Part shown: piece after piece, positions 51,801 to 64,000 of the stretch | Numbering within the stretch: the stretch's first letter is position 1 | Layout: each line of letters starts with the position of its first letter | Source of the DNA: Dimorphilus gyrociliatus | Lineage: Eukaryota; Animalia; Annelida | Direction of reading: 5' to 3' | DNA length: 64,000 bases | Assembly (NCBI GenBank): GCA_904063045.1 | Contig: CAJFCJ010000007.1 | Coordinates: 3,665,404-3,729,403 of the forward strand | Position numbers and translations under genes: made by a program | Notes under the pieces: generated by a model | Databases searched by the model: none | What the model was told of the DNA's origin: nothing | Seen by the model: the letters and a program-made list of their open reading frames with translations, nothing else

Positions 51801-54800
51801 CATACATGCTATAGATGTTATATTAGCCAATTTCTCTGTAAGTTTTACTTGTCTACAACCAATTTTAATTGAACTGGAGCAATTCCAGAATTTATGAAAA
51901 TTATTATTTTCAACCAATATAAGATCATCTCCGTCGAAGCACAATCCACGAGGATCGTGAAAGGCTTTTTGATAGACTAACGTTGGCGTTGGTTTGTCAT
52001 CCTTTAATGATACCTTCCATATATTGCTCTCTTTTCTATGTTCAGTATAATACAGATAATTTCCACTGGAATCTATAGTAAGACTTTCGGGATCCTTGAC
52101 AAGATCGACAAAAGTCTTTTTCTGTTTTGTAACTAGATCAATGAATAAGATACGATGATTAAGGGAATCGGCGCAAAATAGACCCTTTCCATCTGCAGTA
52201 ACTATAATCTGCTTAATCAAAGTGCCCTTTGAAATGAGTACTTCCGATTGTTTACTAGTCATGTTTGTTGACTGCAGCGAACCTCTGAAAAAAACAAAAG
52301 CAAACCAATTCAAATTGCAATCATTTAATGTTTTCAAAAAGAGGAAGAATTGTTCTTTTTTAACCTCTGAAGGTCAGTAAAGTAGTAGGTATCTTTAACA
52401 ACGGCTACAGCTGAATATGATGAAAGTACTGGATTCCCTCTGATGATATAGTGAGGCTTAGACGTTTCTCTTAAAGATGATAAAATTATTGATGATTTAT
52501 CGGCGAAAACTATGAAATCTTCTGATTCTGTATGATAATTATACCGTATGTAGGCTTATGCATTGTCTATTGATTATATAATTACCTTTGCATGAACTTT
52601 TATCAGTTGACAGTAATTTAGTATTGTAGCCATCACAATAACACCTCTTTGTATTTTTTGTATCAATTTTCAAGCAGATATCGCAATTCTTAAGTGTACA
52701 AGATGTATCTTGAATAGGTTTTGATTTCATATTAATATACAATGCACCCATTGGTTGTGTAATATTCTTTAGTACGGTTGATTGTTCCTTTAAATATCCA
52801 TTTTTATCGAGTTCTATACGTTCAATTGAACGACTATCCCAATCTGATACGTATAAAACTCCATTACCATTCCCAGTTAATCCTAATGGCGCTTTTAACT
52901 TTAATTTAGTTATTCCTTTAAGTATCGCTTTACTTCCATTTGAAATTGTTAGGAAGTATACACTTCCTGTATGCCATTTGGTCGTAGCAGAATAGTTTGA
53001 ATCGATAATGAATATCCTGCCCGAATTTTCAATAAAAATTCCATTCGGATTATTGAAAGTCGTATTTGAAAAGACAGTTGTTGAATTAGATCCATCTTTA
53101 TTCGATTTCATTAGTCTACCTTGATGATTCCGACCGGTATAGTATAACTGACTATAGTAGGATATACATAAAAAAGAAGTTTTTATAGGGGATAAGGAAG
53201 ATAACTTACTCTTTGTATAAGAATATAGCAATTGGATTGGTGATCTTTCTACTTATTGTTAATTGTTTATCCCCATTCGTCGATACTGATTCTATTCTGT
53301 ACAATTTGCGACTTCCATATTTTTCCATATTTATATTAGCCCTATTTGTAAAGTACAATCTCTTGTCACTGTTATCAAATGCTAGGCCTATTTAAATAGC
53401 GGATTAATGTAAAGAGTTTTTAAACAATAAAAGTAACATAACCATTGGCACTTACCATCGACTATACCTATGGAATGTTTGTCCGATGTTAGTACAACCT
53501 CTCGATTTTGACCACTTAGATGCGCCCTTAAAACGACTCTTTCGACTATATCACTCCAATAGACCATCTTTTTTTAGTTAGTTTTTCATAATTAATAAAT
53601 ATATTAAAGTTGTCTTGGTGACAAAAGCGAAAAATTACCTTTTCTTCCTTGTCGAAAGTAAGGGCAACCGGTCTGACTGATTTAGAGATAATATAGCGTT
53701 CTAGGGGATTATCAGGATCAATGTAGCCAATTTCTCCCTGATCGGCTGAGGCAAATATCAGAACTGTTGTTGGATCTATACATTTGCTCTTCTTCTTGTC
53801 TAATACTTTACCACCTGTCGAGGGGCAACTACAACGATAGGTGGAGGATGATGTTAGTAAGCAAATGTGTGAACATTTATGTTTTCCAGGATTACAAAGT
53901 CGCGATAGAGAGGAACTTTCGTCTTTTTGTAATTGAGTTGTAATTCCAAAATTGCTACCATAATGATCAGAGACAGTACTGTATGTAGATTTCAATAGAT
54001 CAACTTTAATTAGACCAACATTTGATACTGTTACATATGCAAAATCAGAGTCAATAATTAGATCAAAAGCTGGATTCTCTGGTAATAGAATTTTGGATAA
54101 TATCTTTCCACTTGTTGATAGTTTAACAAGAAGATTTGACCATCCACTAACAATATAAATGAATCTATTGAAAAATTATGAAAATATTGGCCATTAAATT
54201 CTAATATATACTATAAAGTATTAAAGAGATTTTACTTCTTGGCTATAAATATCCCATTTGGATTTTTAATAATATTTAAAGATGATACTACGATCTCCCT
54301 TTTTGAACCATCCAATCTAGACCTTTCTACTACCGATCGAACCGAGTCGGTCCAATATAAATAACCTTCTTTTAAATCGGTAAATAAACCTCTTGGAGAT
54401 AAAAGATTATAAATGGGAAATTCTCTCCTTAAACGTCCATCGTACGATGCAACATTAATCTTTCTTCTAGCAGAATCCGTCCAATAGATATTCTTTGAAT
54501 TGCCGTTAACATCAATAGATTCTACTACTGACACTAAAATATAAAAACAATAACCATAATATAGTATATAATCTAATTAGTTAAGTGCAAAAGGAAAAAA
54601 TAGTAGACTGTAATGCCTATGTAACTAGAGAGGTGATTATTCTGTCTAGGCTGAAATACAGTATATGCATTTATTAAATGAAAAACATAAAGTACAATAT
54701 ATAGCAATATAATTAAAGAAAAAATAGTAAATTTAGACAACAAACCATCACTTATTATCTTTTTAACGTTAATTAACGTTAATTGATTAGATGTAACCTT

Positions 54801-55128
54801 TAAATCTGCCGAGTAAATTCCTTTCTGTTCAACAGCCGAATCGGACCAGAATAATTTATTATTTTTCGGATCTACGACAAGGCCGATAATAAAACCGCCC
54901 AACTGTTACGTAATTCATGCCACATATATATATATATATATATATATACTATATACATTATTAATATATGGATATATATATACTGTATAACAGTATATAC
55001 CATACCTTCTTGTAGACACTTCTACTACTAGTTGCATCGTCAACTGAATAGAGAATATCTGTTGAATTACTGTAGAAAATGCCTGTTTGTGTTTTTACAG
55101 CATTGTTATAATTGACAAGAGAGAATTC
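48861..55128 (-). CDS. Single-pass mosaic receptor: several YWTD beta-propeller/EGF modules, EGF, WAP, VWC, HYR-like, Sushi, GCC2/ephrin-receptor-like repeat, TM and NPxY tail (5' end not resolved)
   Basis: YWTD-type motifs (LFWSDS, IYWTDS, LYWTDS, LYVSDW, LYYTE) and EGF modules (CSHICLLTSSSTYRCSCP, CTDICKNVLGEEVCSCRGG). WAP (CEKDDDCPPLQKCCLGSSCGKRC), VWC (CLHNGNIYKQSEMFKIDHCTICTC...GQCCPEC), Sushi (CKIPIEIKNGYWSC...CKIKCLNNYQL) and CPSGTFLKDGRCQFC. A hydrophobic TM (LIIGVSTSSGLILLCLIVLVAFYAW) followed by KKK and IFNPLY. Confidence 0.85.
54926..54952. repeat. (TA)n microsatellite (intronic)
   Basis: TA run in an intron of the receptor gene. Confidence 0.9.
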
Positions 55129-55781
55129 CTAAGAGATTAATAGTTAACTTATGTATAATAAAAAGATAAAAAGAATTGAAAAGTACCATATCTATCACAT
55201 ATTACAGAAGATATAAAGATAGTATAATATAATATTCCTTTAATCATCCTTTAGCGACACTTTCTCATACTTTCTCTTAATTGAGAAATGAACAAATTTT
55301 ACCTATATTCCTTATTATAGGCCTAAATAACATTGTTATGCGATTCCATTACCTTTATAGTTTTTTTTCCCTTTCTTAAGTACTACATAGGATATTAACT
55401 ATATATAAAAAAAAACGACTATAGGCTTTAAAGATTTATTAAAGTTTTATTTTATTTAAAGAGAAATATAAAGAATGAAAGAAGAAAATAAAAAAGAAAA
55501 GCACAATTTAATCTAAGTTCTATAGCAAACCGAGAGAATTCTACTCACGTAGATAGCGAACTAATAATAATTGCTTAACGGACTTGATTCTGTTTTTGTT
55601 TTGAAGCTTGTAAAGAACAAATGCGATAAACGGTATATGTAAATATCTAAATAAGAGAAGAGAAGAAGAGAAAAAGAATAAAGAATATATATATATATAT
55701 ACTGTATATATATATAAATCTTTCGTGTTATTAATGTTTTTGTCTTCTTATTTCTTCTTATTAATTATCTTTTTGTATTGT

Positions 55782-56748
55782 TTAGAATTTTCCATCGTTT
55801 GTTACATGTCTACGATTTCCGAATGACATTCCCGATTGGCTTGCGCCTTTGTTAGTTCCACTAGAATTCAGCGGTAAAGCACTTTTACTTTGATCCAAAA
55901 CTTCTTGACTAAAGTTTCTTTGATTTTTTGTAGCCTCTTTTGGTCCAAAACCTGGTCCACCTTTACTTTTGGCTTTTCTTGCTAAACTTTCAAGGCATGT
56001 CATAACTTGAACCATATTTTGTTCTTCGTACAAATCAACAGTTTCGAATAGCTCGTGATCGGGGACACCATAATTTCTGCAAAATTGTATAAACATATTG
56101 ATAGCTTCCATCTTCTTGAAAGCCATGGTAGAAGGTTTAGCATATTTAGCAGGTATGGCATTCTCTTGAATTGCATTAGCCAAAGTAACAAGAATAGTGC
56201 CATCATTGAACGCCTTTCCAATGCATGAAGAATCTGCAGCCTCCGGAAAAGAATTATTATTCCCAATAAGTTCTTGCATCCAATCTAATACTTTTTGAGC
56301 AGCAGCAACATCGTATTTTTCGGTAAGCTAAAAATAAATTATGGAATTAGAGATATCGAACCAGATAAAGTTCTCACAATGTATAAGGCAATTCTATAAA
56401 CGAGACACTACGTCAGTTGTTAGTATAATCGATTATTCTATATAGTAGAATTCATAATAATTATTAGAATATTATTATACTGTATAAAGGTGTGGATATA
56501 ATGACACGGGGGAGGGGCGGAGGGGGTGTGTTATTGAGCTATTTCTTCTCCCAAGATTTTAAGTATGGGAGAAACATACTCTCTATATAGCATAGCAATT
56601 CTTTTTTTTTCGAGAAAAGCGACCGTTTATTAAACGATAAGTCGTATAGCAAATTAAAAAAAAATCAAAGTGCAATAAACCCCACCTTTCTTTGAATATC
56701 GGCTGCTATGCCTGATTTATCTGCTCTTCTTGAACTAGGACTTGCCAT
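55782..56748 (-). CDS. Transgelin / Mp20 / myophilin-like calponin-homology protein
   Basis: Exons 56686-56748 and 55782-56327. CH domain (DGTILVTLANAI, FKKMEAINMFIQFCRNYGV..ELFETVDLYEEQN) and a calponin-like repeat (GTNKGASQSGMSFGNRRH). Confidence 0.92.
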
Positions 56749-57087
56749 TGTTGAATAAGTCTTCTCGTTTTCGTTTCTTACTTCAAACTAAACGTTTGAG
56801 ATTAAATACTGATTCTATAAGTGAATCTGTCGAGCGGGGGCCGCAATGTGTCCGGATTCCGTTAGGCCACTAATCACGTGTCATAAATTTTTTTTTTTAA
56901 TTTTTTTATGTTCTTTAATAAATATTCTCCTTGACAGATGGCACTAGTAAACAGTTCAATAAGTTTTACTTTTTAAATTTTATTTTATTTAGCTTTTTTT
57001 ACAAATTCAATCAATTCATTAACAAACAATAGAAATATAGTTATTAATTATAGATTTTCGATAAACTATTTACAACGTTCTTTCACG

Positions 57088-57923
57088 TTATAACAATTTA
57101 CACGACTTTCGGTATCTTTTAAGCTTCTTATTTTTTTTCTTTTTGTCGGGGGCACATTTTCTATAGAATAAAGGTTTAGGTGTGAGTAATTTTATTGACC
57201 GGATATAGCTTTAATTAATACCTGATGTATCTAACTAGAGAATAGAAGGCTTCTTCAACGTTTATAGGTGGATTTTTCGCACTAGTCTCTATATAGGGTA
57301 TCTGTTGGAAGACATTTTGAAAATGACAAGAAATTTGAAGACTTAATGTTTACATACCGAAAATTTATTGGCCAGCTCTACGCCGTCTTCGATGGAGACT
57401 TTTCTAAAGCTATTTAAATCGATCTTATTAGCGACTAGAATCATCGGAAATGAGTCGGTGTCCTTAACGCGAAGAGCCTGACTATGAAACCTCTTGATGG
57501 CTCGGAAACTCCTCTCATCGGTAACTGAGTAGACCAATAAATAGCCGTCCCCCTGACTCATATATTGCTCTCTCATAGCTGAGTACTCTTCCTGGCCGGC
57601 CGTGTCTAGAACTGTAAAAATCAACTAGGTTAACTAGTAACGGGCTTAATTGAACACTAATTACCATCAAGGACACAATTTTCTCCGTCAACAACTGCGT
57701 GTTTAACATACATATCTTCTATTGTAGGATCATACTCTTCTACGAACATTCTTTGGAAGAACTAGAAAAAAGTTCACACTTATTTCTGGTTTTTTGGCTA
57801 TTTACAACCAACTAAACTTACTTGGATAGTTAAAGCAGATTTACCAACCGCGCCGTCCCCTATAACTACCATCTTATAAATTCTAGCGTCTTCGTCGTTC
57901 AACGCTGTAACAGATTTCGACAT
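57088..57923 (-). CDS. MRAS: M-Ras (R-Ras3) small GTPase
   Basis: Five exons. [67 protein letters not shown], a polybasic tail and the CaaX CKLL; the signature residues match M-Ras. Confidence 0.9.
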
Positions 57924-58193
57924 TTTCGCACAGCAGTCTGTTTTATTCCACGTCTCAATTGCCTGTATACACTTATCTCTTCTTTTTATAACTATCCTGG
58001 GGCTCCAGGCACGATACCACTGCTGCTTCCCTAGATTTTCCGGCGTGTTTTGCAATATAGTTTCCAAGCAACTATTGTTTTGAATAATGCATAATCAAAT
58101 TTTATTAAATATTCATGGAAATGTTGAAAAACTAAATTCGTAATCTCTTTTGTGTTTAATTTTACGAGAAATCAAGTTCTCTTTGGAAATTTC

Positions 58194-58212
58194 AACCGGT
58201 TAAGGACCGGTT
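58194..58212. promoter_or_regulatory. Tandem Grainyhead-type sites in the MRAS/BRAP divergent promoter
   Basis: AACCGGTT (58194-58201) and GACCGGTT (58205-58212) in a very AT-rich 650-bp interval. Confidence 0.4.
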
Positions 58213-58577
58213 TAAAAAATTATTTTTAATTCAAAAGACATTTAATAAATTAGAGTATAAGAATAAAACAATATTATGAGCTTTAATAAACTTTTTATAA
58301 AAGTACGAAAATGCGTTTTTTTAGTTTCGCATTTATTTATTTTGCACAAAAAAGATTAGTCTTTGTAACCTTTATCTCAAGTTTAATAAAAATGCACACG
58401 AACAAGAATTTTATGCCAATAAAATTTTTATAATTGATGTTTTATTTGCTATCAATTAATATGCAATTTTAACATATTTAGCTGAAAACTCTTTACAGGA
58501 AGTTGCAAGTTTTTGCGCAAAACCTTATTTTCGATGAAAACTTCTTTCTGTGGGGAAGAAATTTGCTATGTTTACAA

Positions 58578-60723
58578 ATGAACTACCCCATCTCAATCAG
58601 ATTTGAAATTACCGAGGGTAAAAAAAGCCTTTTAGAAGATATTCGATATACTGGTAATTATTTGAGATTTCAAAGGAAATAAATATAAATTTAATTGCTT
58701 TTTGTAGCATCGAATTATAAGCCTCCGCCAAGTTTCCATGGTTTAACTTACGCCGAAGTCACATCGAATACAATTGTTGATCAAAAAGAAAGGGCTAATT
58801 GTTTGGGTTATCGGACACCTATTCAATACACAATTGAAACGATTTTAGGTAAATAAGAAATGTTGTTTATTTCATAAAAATTACGAAACCTTACGTAATT
58901 TGTAAATCATGTTGGGAATTAGTAATCGCTATTCACACTTTTCGGATTCCAGTTCCATAATGACAATTTACGTTGTTTAGGTGAAAATATTAAGGAAAGT
59001 ATGGAAAAAGACGAGAAAGATAGTTGTACAGGAAATGGTAATGTCTCGGAAACACCTTCGACTATAGACACCACTAGTCCAATCAATCAAACCATACGTT
59101 TCATATATGGTAACCCTTCAGTGGAAACTTTTGAGGGAGTTTTACACATCTATAAAGATAACCAGTTCGTCTATATTCTTTGAAAACAATATTCTAAATA
59201 ATAGCCATATTATTGAACAGGAAAGCTGAAGATTGTTCTAGTTCTTTAATTTTAATGATTGCTGTCCCAGCTACTAAAACAACACAAGATATTCTTCAAT
59301 TCCTTGGACCAGTCTCGTACGTTTACTACTGATATAAAACCTTTATTTTTAACAAAAGAATAAAAAATATTTAAATTCCCACTGTAGTATTAAAACTATG
59401 ATTGGAATTTTCTTTAAATCCCCAATAAAATTTTATACTTTACTTTTTTTTGTCACTTTTTAAGCTTTTTTTTATTAATAATGTCAACAGGCTTTGGTTA
59501 GAGCATATACGAATTATTAGGGACTCTACTCCTAATCAATATATGGTTTTAATGAAATTTAGAAATCAGGTAAATATTGAATTGTAAAATGTTTGAAATT
59601 TTAGCTTAACACGAATATTCTATTTCATTAGAAATATGCGGTAGATTTCTTTCAAAATTTTAATGGAAAATCTTGGAATTCACTTGAATCCGAAGCTGTT
59701 CATTTATTGTATACATCGGCTGTTGAGTTATTAACTTCGTCAGAAGGAGGAAGTCTACCTGTTGTTGGTACAACTGAATTACCGACTTGTCCAGTTTGTT
59801 TAGAAAGAATGGACGAGTCGGTTGATAGTATATTGACTATATTATGTAGTCACTCTTTTCATGGATCTTGTCTTGTGAAATGGACTGATACTTCCTGTCC
59901 CGTTTGTAGATATATACAAACACCAGAACAGGATCAAGAAAGCTTGTGTGTACAATGCGATGCCAGACAAGACTTGTGGATTTGTTTAATATGCGGTCAT
60001 GTAGGATGTGGAAGATATTTAGAAGGTCACGCCTATGAACACTATAAATTGACACATCACACGTATTCCATGCAATTAGGAGCAAATCGAGTTTGGGATT
60101 ACGCAGGCGATAGTTACGTGCATAGGCTTGTGCAAAGTTCTGGAGATGGAAAGATTGTCCAAGTCATGAATGAGAGTGAGACATCTGCTGATGATAAAAA
60201 TGATGCCTTGCAATTAGAATATACTTATATTTTAACTAGTCAATTAGAGACTCAGAGACTTTACTTCCAAGAAAAACTAGATCAGATTGAAAGTGAGAGT
60301 AAAAAGCATCAAGATGACCTTAAAGAAGCTTTTAATAACCAGGAAAGAAAACTACACGAAGTTTTAAATAGAATGGATAGATTAGAAAAAGAAAAGAAAA
60401 GTTTAGAACAGAAAAATGCTAGTCTTTCAACACAAGTAAATCGATCAAAAAAAGATCTTGAAGAAGAAAAGCAGTATAATCTCTGTCTTCGCAAAAATCA
60501 GGACGAATGGAGTAAAAAATGTGCAAAACTTGAAGAAACAATTAAAAGGAAAGATACTGAAATACAAAGTTTAGAAGAGCAAGTCCGTGATGTTATGTTC
60601 TCTTTAGATGCTCAAATGAAATTAAAAGAGGAAGCTACAGAAGAAGAGCTCAGATCTTCCTCGATGAGTGTAGATGCTTCAGCACCGCAGCGTTCTCAAC
60701 GCCGTAAATCACGTAAAAAATAA
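58578..60723 (+). CDS. BRAP: BRCA1-associated protein (BRAP2/IMP) E3 ubiquitin ligase
   Basis: Start MNYPISIRFEITE. GNPSVETFEGVLHIYK and IRIIRDSTPNQYMVLMKF (BRAP2 domain), RING (CPVCLERMDES...CSHSFHGSCLVKWTDTSCPVCR), ZnF-UBP (LWICLICGHVGCGRY..GHAYEHY...RVWDYAGDSYVHRL) and coiled coil (LQLEYTYILTSQLETQR). Confidence 0.95.
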
Positions 60724-62232
60724 ATTACCAATATTTGAAACATGTTAAAGCTAAGTATGCTTGTAAATATTTCCTCAAGTTCTTTTAAGTTTTTTAAAGG
60801 GCATGAAATTCCGTATAAACTGCTGTTATTTCAAGTAAAATACTTAAAAATACACTTGATGTTACAGACACTAATTGGTCTATTTTTCTCTTTTCACCTT
60901 GTTTTTATCACAGTATTTTTAGTTTTGTTTTCTCCTTATTATCATTTAATGATTGTATTTAATTGATGGTAAACAAAATATAAGAATATATTATATATAA
61001 ATTATAAACAATATATAAATATACTCAAACTAATCAACTATTGTAAACGTATCAATTCATCCTTATATATTTCCTTTTTATTTAATTAAATCTTTACTTT
61101 TACATCTTTCAATTAACTTATTGTTGGCACGAAAGGAATGAAACACATAATGGGATATAGAAATATAGAAAGACTCTTTAAAAGGAGTCATTTTAAGATT
61201 TTTTAACAAGAAAAGTAAATAACGTCTGGTGGGAAATTAATCTTTTTTAATTTCACGATTCATAACTTTGGTTGGTTCCATTAGTTCGAGTATTCGATTC
61301 ACTTTCTTCCGATTATTTATAGTATAAGAAATATTCTATAAAAAAGAAAACGGCCTGCCTTCAATTTCTTTAACACGCAAATGGTGTTATCAACCGGAAG
61401 AGAAGGGAAAGTTTCGTTAACTCCGCAGGCGTTTAGCGGGAATGCCTAATTGAGGTGCTAAATTTTTATCTATGTGTTTTAGACTTTGCAATACACTACC
61501 TAATTTACTAGTTTTTTTGCGTTAATTACTTGACTATTGATCACTTGAAAAGTTTTCACTTAAGAGTTTTGAAACCTCTTTATTTTGTCTGGGTCACTTG
61601 AGAAAAACACTGGTGCGTAACGTCCGAAGCGTTAATTAACATGAAAGCTTTTTTGTAAACAATCAGATTGTATTTTTATACTTTTCAATATATTGAATTC
61701 CCTAAGCCTCATCTAAAAATATAAAGAGATAACTTGTTATTTTGAACGCGCGAATGAGCCTTTTTGCAGTCTAACATTCTTTAAATTTTTCAAAGGAACT
61801 TTTTTACGGTGGTCGCTGAAATAGGCCTAACTAGTAGCAGACGTTAATCTTTTTAGCGAATGCGATATACTCTAAATGCTTGACTATTTCAACACAATCA
61901 AAATGGAAGCTAACTGTCAGCCATTTTGAAATGTCTAAAGATTTCTAAATCTCAATATTCCTATGAATAATATGGCCGTTGGCTGACCACGGGACAATTT
62001 ATTCGAAAAGAGCCATTGCTATTAAATTAACTCTATTTATTTTTATTGATTTAACTGCATAAAAGGCGAATTTTCGAAGTCTCAGAGCCCTGCTCCGCAT
62101 TTTCACCCAAGTCTGACTCATTAGGATTAATACAAAAATTGAACAGTCTATACAGCTTCCCTACAAATTTGAGGGGAAACAAGTTGATGTTGAATAATGT
62201 ATGAGTAACGTTTGCTAGTAGACGGCAAGATT

Positions 62233-63451
62233 ATGGCCTCTATGCCTAATGGCGGCTTACGATTGAGCCGTTCCTCAGATCAACTATCCAGTCCATCGCC
62301 GATTGAAGATAAGGATATTGAGAGTACTTTTTCAAGAACAAAATCTAGCAGTGAAACACATATTTGCCATAAGGAACCATCGTCTTTAACAGTAAACCTC
62401 GAAGAGGTCCACATTGGTTTGGAACAAACAGTCACTGTATCATTTGATATCAGAGAGGAAGTTGCCAGTACCGATTGGATAGGATTGTTTTTAATAGGTG
62501 TCTTCTTTATCTATTTTTCTTTAGTTTCATTCTTCCGCTTGACTTATCTCTTTTATATTCTTAGATGAACCCGATCTAAGCGGACACATCGATCATAAGA
62601 CGAGAGGGGGACACAGTAGGCAGGATAGGTCAGGTCAAGTGTTTTGGTGTTTGGATTCTTTAAAATCACATTTTATAGAATGTAAGTATTGGCATTTAAC
62701 AAAACCAAAATATACCTCTCAAAGCTTTTTAATAGAATCAGAGCCTTTATTTACATAAATACATATTTTATATATATATATGTTACGTCAACAGCCGTTA
62801 CTAAAGTGTGTTTCAAGTATTTCAACGGTGTAACGGGTGCCTTACAAGCGGTCAGTCAAGTGCTTATTGTCCATAATAACAAGGTAAGGAAATATAGCTT
62901 GATCAGGTTAATAGGTAAATAAATTATTTTCTAAAATTCGACACTAGGGGACCTTTAACCCCGCTGCCTTCCTTTGTTATATTCACCAAAGGAAGAAAGA
63001 CGAAAAGTGACGGCAGATGTTTATTAGTTGTCACGCCATCTATGGGCTTATCATATTATCCATAATAGTGTATATTTTATTTAATTTAAATGGTTAATAT
63101 AGTTGTAAAAAAAACTTGTAAAATAACTTACCTCTCTTGAAGTCCTTCCGGTAGTCGATAAAATTCTAATTAACCGTGTTTTTTTTTTTGTTATGTTAGC
63201 ATTTGGTGAATTATATCGATAAAAAAAGAGTGTATAAGAGGAGTAAAATAAAAGAGGGAGGGGAAGGGGGGCGGGGAGGAGGGGAATAATCGTATAAGAT
63301 ATTAATATGAAAGTAGCCTAATATAATTTTTGTATTTAAACAGGCTGAAAATTATCCTGGTAACAATGAACAGTCGACAGCTGCCGACCCTTTAAACCAT
63401 GCTTCATCCCCTTTAATTGATTCACAGAATTTTGTCAAATTTACAGTATAT
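62233..63451 (+). CDS. HECW: HECW1/2 (NEDL) HECT E3 ligase, 5' part; the gene continues beyond the window
   Basis: Exons 62233-62497, 62565-62681, 62794-62884, 63343-63451. HECW_N domain motifs FDIREEVASTDWIGLFLIDE and TKVCFKYFNGVTGALQA. The start codon is tentative. Confidence 0.85.
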
Positions 63452-64000
63452 GGTAAGAATTTGATATATTTATTATTATTCCTGTCGAAAGGGGGCTCTA
63501 TAAATGTAATGAGACAGGAAATTATTGGTTTTTATGTACATTTGAAAGGGAATTTAGCACCTTACATACTCTATTTCTCGTTTTCTTGCTTATAAATCTT
63601 AATTAGTTGCTTTTTTTTATTTAAAGTTGCGTGAGCTTTAAACATCAATAATCTGATTCTTATCGGGTCAATTCTTGCCTCACTTCTTTTCCCTTTGATT
63701 TATTCAACCCTCCGCCCTTTATCGATTTCCTCGCTTCGCTTCCGATAACGCCTTGTACCGTTAATCCTGCTTTCGAAAGAGGAAAGGGAGGGGTATTAAG
63801 AAAGAGGCGATCGCCAACCGGAAGTCGGAAGGGTAAATTGATAAGCGAAAGGAGTTTTAGAACAGGAAATGAGGTCGAGCGTGTGCGAAGCACTCAAAAG
63901 GAAGTGTAAAGTATATAAATGTATGACCAGAGTCCACTATTCGACCTGTCAGCGTCGCCGACAGGAAACGCTTGGAGTACTCAAAAGAAAGGGCAGGGAA

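Noticed and set aside
57846-57869. MRAS P-loop GDGAVGKS (Ala at the Ras Gly13-equivalent position) as an activating variant
   Set aside because: GDGAVGK is the normal P-loop of Rac/Cdc42-type GTPases, and the Gly12 and Gln61 equivalents are intact, so there is no basis to infer constitutive activity.
57924-58067. 48-aa N-terminal extension of MRAS from a TTG start
   Set aside because: It has a non-ATG start and no similarity to Ras-family proteins. The ATG at 57923 gives a normal M-Ras length.

Overview
AT-rich, gene-dense animal (metazoan) genomic DNA with mostly 45-120 nt GT-AG introns. This fits a miniaturised invertebrate genome such as the annelid Dimorphilus, but that is an unverified guess. 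No CRISPR array, rRNA or recognisable transposase was found. Gene order: an unidentified minus-strand gene with long regulatory introns (partial), RAB3IP/Sec2, two small orphan ORFs, an intron-containing tRNA-Thr(AGT), a BCL11-like zinc-finger gene, PPP1R42, nervy/MTG8 (RUNX1T1 family), NUDCD1, VIRMA, GMDS copy 1 (-), a nearly intronless extended-SDR NDP-sugar oxidoreductase (+), a 5-kb patchwork of decayed duplicates, GMDS copy 2 (+), a mosaic YWTD/EGF-WAP-VWC-HYR-Sushi receptor, a transgelin/Mp20-like gene, MRAS head-to-head with BRAP, and the 5' part of a HECW E3 ligase. The main finding is a candidate animal GDP-sugar biosynthesis cluster. A bacterial-capsule-type (Campylobacter Cj1427-like, recognised from memory) GDP-sugar C4 oxidoreductase sits head-to-head with GMDS. 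The GMDS-SDR module has been duplicated and inverted, and the two intact GMDS copies are about 99.8% identical while their flanks have decayed, which points to gene conversion. Other notable items are a tRNA-Thr(AGT) with a canonical spliceable intron, repeated capture of the PPP1R42 X-box promoter into the rearranged zone, a GMDS2 start codon apparently recruited from antisense pseudogene DNA, and an unusual receptor domain architecture. All alignments and counts were done by eye and need computational confirmation.
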